This document shows positions 6,942-12,034 of a DNA stretch of 12,034 nucleotides, in pieces; position 1 is the stretch's first letter; the number at the start of each line of letters is the position of its first letter. The translations under genes and the position numbers were made by a program. The stretch is from Thermoproteota archaeon (GTDB lineage Archaea > Asgardarchaeota > Jordiarchaeia > Jordiarchaeales > Freyrarchaeaceae): contig JAPDJY010000041.1 in assembly GCA_029258835.1 (NCBI GenBank), positions 1-12,034 on the forward strand, written 5' to 3'. Below the pieces are notes generated by a model. The model was not told where the DNA came from. It ran no database searches and saw only the letters and a program-made list of their open reading frames with translations.

Positions 6942-7721
6942 GTGTCCACGTTGAAAGTTTACATCGTGGCTGTTGGGGACGAGCTCCTCTCCGGTCGGGT
7001 ACTAGACTACAACACCCACTGGATTGCTAAGCGCCTGTCAGGGGTGGGCTTCAACATTGCAGGCGCGTCCATCGTCCCAGACGATAAGGAGGAGATAGTT
7101 GAAGCTGTTAGAAGGGCCCTGTCCAAAGCCGATTTAACCGTTATAACTGGGGGGCTGGGCCCCACCCCAGGAGACATAACGCTTGAAGCGTTAGCTGAAG
7201 CGCTAAACCGTAACCTTTCCCTCAACGATGATGCCTTGGAAATGGTTAAGGATCGATATAGGGAGCTGTACGAAGTAGGGCATATTAAAACCTTGGAAAT
7301 GACCCCTGAGAGGGAGAAGATGGCACGCATACCCGAAGGCGGAACCCCAATATTCAACGCCGTTGGAATAGCACCCGGCGTCATGGTGGAGCACCAAGGC
7401 AAGGTGGTTCTCGCCCTTCCAGGAGTGCCATCCGAAATGATGTACCTTCTCGAGAAGGCGCTTCCCAGCCTTGAAAGGATGAGTGGGCCGGTCTTTGTAA
7501 GCGTGGAGGACACCGTAGACGTAGGGGATGAATCAGTCATCGCCCGCGCCCTAAGAGAGGTTATGGCCGAGTTCCCCGAAGTATCCATTAAATCCTACCC
7601 GTCAGGCTTCGGGGGGAAAGTGAAAATGAGAATCATAGCTTCGATGAAAGCTGAGGATAGGGAAGGCGCTGGTAAACATCTAAGAGAAGCCATAAGAAAG
7701 TTGAAAGAAAAGCTAGTGTAA
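6942..7721 (+). CDS. CinA-like molybdopterin-binding-fold protein (COG1058-type; stand-alone, no PncC domain)
   Basis: VGDELLSG-V-D-N, ITGGLGPT, APG and LPGVP-EM motifs, plus C-terminal ES-IA...SIKSYP domain. Start GTG 6942 or TTG 6951. Confidence 0.87.
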   Translation: MSTLKVYIVAVGDELLSGRVLDYNTHWIAKRLSGVGFNIAGASIVPDDKEEIVEAVRRALSKADLTVITGGLGPTPGDITLEALAEALNRNLSLNDDALEMVKDRYRELYEVGHIKTLEMTPEREKMARIPEGGTPIFNAVGIAPGVMVEHQGKVVLALPGVPSEMMYLLEKALPSLERMSGPVFVSVEDTVDVGDESVIARALREVMAEFPEVSIKSYPSGFGGKVKMRIIASMKAEDREGAGKHLREAIRKLKEKLV

Positions 7722-7963
7722 AAAGGCAGCACTTCCCTCTCCCTCCACGTGAACGCTAAAAAATCCCCTTTCTTCCACGTTTCCATCCGAGAAATACACC
7801 TTAAAACGACCCAGCCATCACTATAGCACCTCTTAAGCTCCCTCAGCAAACATAAAACATTATCAACTCTTTCTCTTCCCAAGATGGGAGGCCATTCGTG
7901 CAGTTCTGCAAGCCCACACACTCCCTAACTTCGTCATTTAGCGTAAACCCATCAGCACCCCTA

Positions 7964-7979
7964 CCAAAAGGTTTTTAAA
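7964..7979 (+). promoter_or_regulatory. BRE/TATA-like promoter of the small membrane protein gene
   Basis: Purine-rich CCAAAAGG followed by TTTTTAAA (7972-7979), ~50 nt upstream of ATG 8031. SD AAGGAGG at 8013-8019. Confidence 0.55.
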
Positions 7980-8030
7980 TGCTCTCTAAATCCTTCACCA
8001 AACAAGTCGGTAAAGGAGGAGAATAGAAAA

Positions 8031-8414
8031 ATGTCGAGACCAGCTGGAGTAACCCTGCTAGGCGTCCTATACATCATCATGGCAATCATCTACATCATCG
8101 GCGGCCTCGTAGGCTTCCTACTGACTTCTCCGCTCGGCGGCCTATTCGGTCCAACGCCAATCTTCAGTGGGGCCATGGCAATAGTGCCAATAGTCATCGG
8201 CATTATCGACTTGGTGATCGGCTGGGGTCTGCTCTCCCTTAAGGGCTGGGCTAGGATACTAGCCATAGTCTTCGCCATCCTAGGACTACTCGGAGGACTA
8301 GCATCACTAATAGCATTCCCGATAGGGACGATAATCGGCATCATCGAGATCATCCTAAGCATCATCATACTATGGTACCTCTTCAAGCCAGAAATCGCCA
8401 GCGTATTCGAGTAA
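8031..8414 (+). CDS. Small integral membrane protein (about 4 TM helices), function unknown
   Basis: 127 aa, nearly all hydrophobic. Pattern RP-GVT-L...GWGL--LKGWAR...IILWYL-KPE----F is typical of a conserved archaeal hypothetical membrane family. Strong SD. Confidence 0.85.
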   Translation: MSRPAGVTLLGVLYIIMAIIYIIGGLVGFLLTSPLGGLFGPTPIFSGAMAIVPIVIGIIDLVIGWGLLSLKGWARILAIVFAILGLLGGLASLIAFPIGTIIGIIEIILSIIILWYLFKPEIASVFE

Positions 8415-8448
8415 ACCTACCGACGCCAGAAACACATCAATCATTACC

Positions 8449-8473
8449 ATTTTTACTTCCCAATTTTTTATTT
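8449..8473 (+). terminator. Oligo-T terminator region between convergent genes
   Basis: Runs ATTTTT and AATTTTTTATTT downstream of the 8414 stop codon. Confidence 0.4.
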
Positions 8474-8494
8474 AACGTTCCTTTTTAGTGCCCA

Positions 8495-9808
8495 TTACAC
8501 CATGTCGTTTCTTATTAGGTCGTCGAAGTTTTCCCTTCTTCTAATCAATTTAACACTGCTTCCTGATAGTAGCACCGCTGCCGGGCGTGGCCGCCCATTG
8601 TACTGCGACATTTGCTCTAACGTGTATGCTCCCACGTCCAGTATTGCGAGGTATTCTCCGGGTTTGACGCCATGTGGGAGGAACCTGTAACGTGGAAGCG
8701 CTCCCCGGGGGTCGAGGAGGGCGTCTCCACCGTCGCATAGAGGTCCTCCTATCACGTATGGCTCCCTGTGCTCCTCTCCCGCCCTGCTGGCGGATACTAC
8801 GTGGAAGTACCATTTATAGCTGAAAGCGTCCAGTAGTACGTTGAACCCTGAATCTATAAGCAGCCATTTTTCACCATTTCTCTCCTTAACGTTCTGGACC
8901 TGGGTTAGTAGCACCGCTGAGTCACCTACTATTCTGCGTCCGGGCTCGACGATTAAGCGTGCATTCTCAAGGTTCTCCCTAACAACCCTTTTAACCCTTA
9001 ACGCCACCTCGTGGACGTCGAGCTGGGCGTAGAAGTACTCTGGCAGCTCCTTAACCGGCATCTTAGCGTAGGGGATCGGGAAACCACCACCCATGTTGAA
9101 CTCTAACATTTCAAATCCAACCTTTCTCTCCACCCTTCGCGCCTCCCTGCTAACCCTTCTCACCCCCTCCTCAAAGACCTCAACGCGTGGAACCTGCGAT
9201 GCCACGTGGCAATGCACTCCTATGGGGTTCACCCCGTCGCCTTTAAACGCCTCCCTGTAAGCTTCCTCCATCTCATCCAAGGTAATGCCAAACTTCGAAG
9301 AGGGGGTGGCCGTCTCAAAGCCAACGTGGGTTCCGGCCAGAACGCCGGAGGCAACCCTGAAAGCGACGTTAACCTCCCCCCCGAAATCCCTGACGACGTC
9401 CCTCAGCCTTCTCAACTCGTACAAGGAGTCCAAATTGACGCAGTGCACCCCATACTCCACAGCCATCCGAAGCTCTCCAACCGTTTTAGCAACACCGTTA
9501 AAAACAACTTGCTCTGGTCTGAACCCCGCCTTAAGGGCCTTAAACAGCTCCCCGTCACTAGTAACCTCAACGTTAACCCCCAACCCTCTTATAATCCTCA
9601 GTATAGCCAGGTTAGAGTTGGCCTTACACGCGTAGAAAACATTCTCCCTACCGAAAGCGTCGGCGACCTCCTCAACGTTCCTCCTTATCCTCTCCTCCGA
9701 GAAAACGAAGAGAGGCGTCCCATACCCATCAGCTAACCCAATCAAATCCACACCGTAAAAATGCAGCCTTCCTCCCTCAACGCTCAGACCATCACCGTAA
9801 TGCATCAT
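8495..9808 (-). CDS. Fold-type III PLP-dependent basic amino acid decarboxylase (diaminopimelate decarboxylase family; DokD-like)
   Basis: YACKAN (PLP lysine), FNG-AK, SKFG, HCHVASQ, NMGGGF, EPGR, GPLCDGGD, GAY, YNGRPRPA. Start ATG 9808 or 9805 behind SD GGAGGTGG. Confidence 0.9.
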   Translation of the reverse strand: MMHYGDGLSVEGGRLHFYGVDLIGLADGYGTPLFVFSEERIRRNVEEVADAFGRENVFYACKANSNLAILRIIRGLGVNVEVTSDGELFKALKAGFRPEQVVFNGVAKTVGELRMAVEYGVHCVNLDSLYELRRLRDVVRDFGGEVNVAFRVASGVLAGTHVGFETATPSSKFGITLDEMEEAYREAFKGDGVNPIGVHCHVASQVPRVEVFEEGVRRVSREARRVERKVGFEMLEFNMGGGFPIPYAKMPVKELPEYFYAQLDVHEVALRVKRVVRENLENARLIVEPGRRIVGDSAVLLTQVQNVKERNGEKWLLIDSGFNVLLDAFSYKWYFHVVSASRAGEEHREPYVIGGPLCDGGDALLDPRGALPRYRFLPHGVKPGEYLAILDVGAYTLEQMSQYNGRPRPAAVLLSGSSVKLIRRRENFDDLIRNDMV

Positions 9809-10073
9809 GCTCCACCTCCACACTCACAGAGAAAACACACACGGTCATATCGTTTACTCCCTTTTGAGAAACCAAACCGTCAAATGAAAAGTACCCTTAC
9901 GCAAATTTTTAAGGCTGCAAAACAATTTATAGTAAATTTCCAGAAATTCATTTCTACCCCGTCCACTTTTTTAATGGTGCCCGGTGACGGAGCACTCTCT
10001 CACGGGCGCATCCGCGTTAAAAACCTTTTATTTGCCTGTAGTTCACTTTGACCTTGGAAATGGAGGTGTGCCC

Positions 10074-11504
10074 GTGGACCTTAAGAGGATCTTCGAGCCT
10101 AAGAACATCGCAGTAGTGGGGGTTTCCAGCAGGTTTACGAATCCGGGAACAGTCATATTCAACAAGAACCTTCACGAAATGGAGGCAAACACGTACGGTG
10201 TGAACCCCAAAGGCGGCGTGATAGAAGGCCGGGAAATATACAAGAGGGTGAGCGATATACCAGTCGACTTAGACCTCGCCATAATAGCGATCAGGGCGGA
10301 ATACGTTAACCAGGTGGTTGAGGAGTGCGGTGAGATCGGCGTAGGCGGGGTGGTCGTGGTGTCAGGGGGCTTCGCTGAGGCAGGAGGGGAAGGCGTTGAA
10401 AGGCAGAGGAGACTGACTGAAATAGCATGCAAGTACGACATGCCGGTTATAGGCCCCAACTGCTTCGGAATATACAGTCCACCCTACGTTGACACGTTCT
10501 TCCTTCCAAGCGAAAGAATGGTTAAGCTGCCGCCGGGGAACATAGCGATAGTCAGCCAGAGCGGCGGCTTCATGGTCGACCACTTCTTCTCAAGGTTCTA
10601 CGAGAGGAACCTCGGAGTATCCGTGGCCGTCGGCGTGGGAAACAAGGCTGTAGTGGACGAAGCAATGATACTAAAATACCTCGAAAACGACCCGAGGACA
10701 AAAACCATCTCACTTTACGTTGAAGGCTTCAGGGAGGGAGAAGGATCAAGGTTCCTTGAGGCGGCGAGAGAGTGCGCTGAGAAGAAAACGGTCCTTGTCT
10801 ACAAGGCTGGCAGAACCGAGACGGCTAAACGCGCCGTCTCCTCGCACACCGGGCTGATGGCGACCTCGTCAAGGCTCTTCTCGGCAGCCCTCAGGCAAAA
10901 CGGGATAGTTGAAGCGGAGAACGAAGACGAAATAATAAACTTCGCCAAGGTTTTCTCGTTCGACCTGAAACCCATAGAGAGGGGCAACGTGGCGATAATG
11001 ACGATCTCCGGCGGCCACGGCGTCATATGCGCCGACCTGTGCATCGAAGCAGGACTAAGGCTCGTCGAGATGACCGAGGAGGAACAGGAGGAGCTCAGGT
11101 CAAGGCTGCAGCCCTCTGCAGCCCTCGTAGCCTCCCTTAAAAACCCAATAGACCTAACGGGGAGCGCGACAGACGTGGACATGGAAAACACCCTAATATA
11201 CCTACTCGAGAGGGAAGACGTGGACGCAGTCATAATTCTAACCTTCCCGTATCCTCCAGCAATCTCGATGCAGATCGGGAGGCGCCTCTCAAACATAGCA
11301 GCCATGTACGATAAGCCGGTTGTCGCCCACACCCCTTGGCTGCCAAAGTACCAAATGATAGTTGAAGGCTTCGAGTACAACGGCGTCCCAGTCGCCCACA
11401 CAATAGAAGACGTCGTGCAGATGGTCAAGGCACTATACAAGAAAGGACAGATAATGAAGTTAATGTCCGAGAAAGCAGCCTCAGCCACGCAAAAAGTGGA
11501 GTGA
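10074..11504 (+). CDS. Acyl-CoA synthetase (ADP/NDP-forming) alpha subunit, acetate--CoA ligase family
   Basis: CoA-binding Rossmann start IFEPKNIAVVGVS, VNPK, SGGFAE, IGPNCFG, SQSGG, GNK, phospho-His motif SSHTG, SGG-G and NPIDLTG. No ATP-grasp domain. GTG 10074 follows SD GGAGGTG, so the ORF-track start at 9984 is probably over-extended. Confidence 0.9.
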   Translation: MDLKRIFEPKNIAVVGVSSRFTNPGTVIFNKNLHEMEANTYGVNPKGGVIEGREIYKRVSDIPVDLDLAIIAIRAEYVNQVVEECGEIGVGGVVVVSGGFAEAGGEGVERQRRLTEIACKYDMPVIGPNCFGIYSPPYVDTFFLPSERMVKLPPGNIAIVSQSGGFMVDHFFSRFYERNLGVSVAVGVGNKAVVDEAMILKYLENDPRTKTISLYVEGFREGEGSRFLEAARECAEKKTVLVYKAGRTETAKRAVSSHTGLMATSSRLFSAALRQNGIVEAENEDEIINFAKVFSFDLKPIERGNVAIMTISGGHGVICADLCIEAGLRLVEMTEEEQEELRSRLQPSAALVASLKNPIDLTGSATDVDMENTLIYLLEREDVDAVIILTFPYPPAISMQIGRRLSNIAAMYDKPVVAHTPWLPKYQMIVEGFEYNGVPVAHTIEDVVQMVKALYKKGQIMKLMSEKAASATQKVE

Positions 11505-11734
11505 ACCCCTAAACTTAAAGCGGGCCAAACCCCCACACCTTTCTCCCCGCAAGCACCTAGGTTAAGGCCGCATCAAATTTTCGCTTCTCCCCCTTCCTAG
11601 GATCGGAAGCGTTGTTCACAGGTTTTCCCCGGTGCCCCAGTTCTCGTACACGCTGAATATACGCTGAAGAAAGCTCATAATGCCCTTCATGCTTCCAGTT
11701 AAGGGTCAGAACCCGCAAATTAGGATTTTCGAAA

Positions 11735-11764
11735 TACTATATAGAAAAGAAAATTTATATAGTA
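11735..11764 (+). promoter_or_regulatory. BRE/TATA promoter of the acyl-CoA ligase gene with overlapping inverted repeat
   Basis: GAAAAGAAAA followed by TTTATATA (11754-11761). Perfect 9-bp inverted repeat TACTATATA(11735-11743)-N12-TATATAGTA(11756-11764). Confidence 0.6.
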
Positions 11765-11814
11765 ACATATCTACTAGTAAGGTTGCAGTGCGTGGTTTGG
11801 ATGGGAGGGTGTCT

Positions 11815-12034
11815 ATGAGCGTTTTAAAGGGTTTCCCAAGCACCATGATGGACGACTACCAGCTAAACCTGATAAAAATCCTGGAAAGGGCTGTAACGTA
11901 CTTTGGAAGGAAAGAGGTCGTTTCTAGGAGGATTAGTGATGGGGGCATTTTCCGCTACACGTACAAGGACGCTTGGGAGAGGGTTCAGAAGGCAGCCAAC
12001 TTCCTGGTGGAGGAGCTGGAGGTTAAGCCGGGAG
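11815..12034 (+). CDS. Medium/long-chain fatty-acid--CoA ligase (AMP-forming, AlkK-like), 3'-truncated by the window
   Basis: Not in the ORF track. Reads MSVLKGFPSTMMDDYQLNLIKILERAVTYFGRKEVVSRRISDGGIFRYTYKDAWERVQKAANFLVEELEVKPG, open to the window end, a characteristic N-terminus of this family. SD GGGAGGGTG upstream. Confidence 0.82.
   Translation, partial: MSVLKGFPSTMMDDYQLNLIKILERAVTYFGRKEVVSRRISDGGIFRYTYKDAWERVQKAANFLVEELEVKPG

Noticed and set aside
7595-7921. 108-aa minus-strand ORF in the cinA-membrane protein spacer
   Set aside because: It overlaps the cinA-like gene and has no recognisable motif. A decayed gene remnant cannot be excluded but is unsupported.
2065-11536. Numerous antisense/alternate-frame ORFs (e.g. 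2065-2382, 4636-4950, 7007-7588, 9206-9736, 10799-11536)
   Set aside because: Shadow ORFs opposite well-supported genes, with Ser/Thr/Pro-rich non-protein-like composition.
11501-11716. GTGAACCCC (11501-11509), ACGCTGAA x2 (11650-11668) and faint likeness to the IS right end, suggesting a MITE
   Set aside because: Matches are short, the same 9-mer also occurs in coding DNA (~10199), and the diagnostic stems are not reproduced.
1-12034. CRISPR array, tRNA or rRNA genes
   Set aside because: No regularly spaced repeats, cloverleaf/T-loop signatures or rRNA-like segments were seen in the intergenic regions.

Overview
Archaeal-looking window (BRE/TATA-like promoters, GGAGG/GGTGG Shine-Dalgarno motifs, archaeal-type gene families; lineage cannot be fixed from sequence alone). 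The first ~830 bp are the 3' part of a decayed IS200/IS605-family tnpB element. Its structured right end/omega-RNA region abuts the middle of a lactate-racemase (LarA/DUF2088)-family gene, which is itself broken by three -1 frameshifts and an in-frame stop. The rest is intact: a DUF1847 Cys-rich protein, a ~10-repeat HEAT solenoid protein and a two-domain KaiC/RAD55/GvpD-like ATPase (all minus strand), then a membrane-embedded M28 metallopeptidase, a CinA/COG1058 protein, a small membrane protein, a fold-III PLP decarboxylase (minus), an ADP-forming acyl-CoA synthetase alpha subunit and the start of an AMP-forming fatty-acyl-CoA ligase. The best leads are the decarboxylase, which looks more like D-ornithine/D-lysine decarboxylase (DokD) than canonical LysA, and the readable omega-RNA fold whose guide derives from the disrupted larA-like gene. 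All family calls come from motif recognition, with no searches run.
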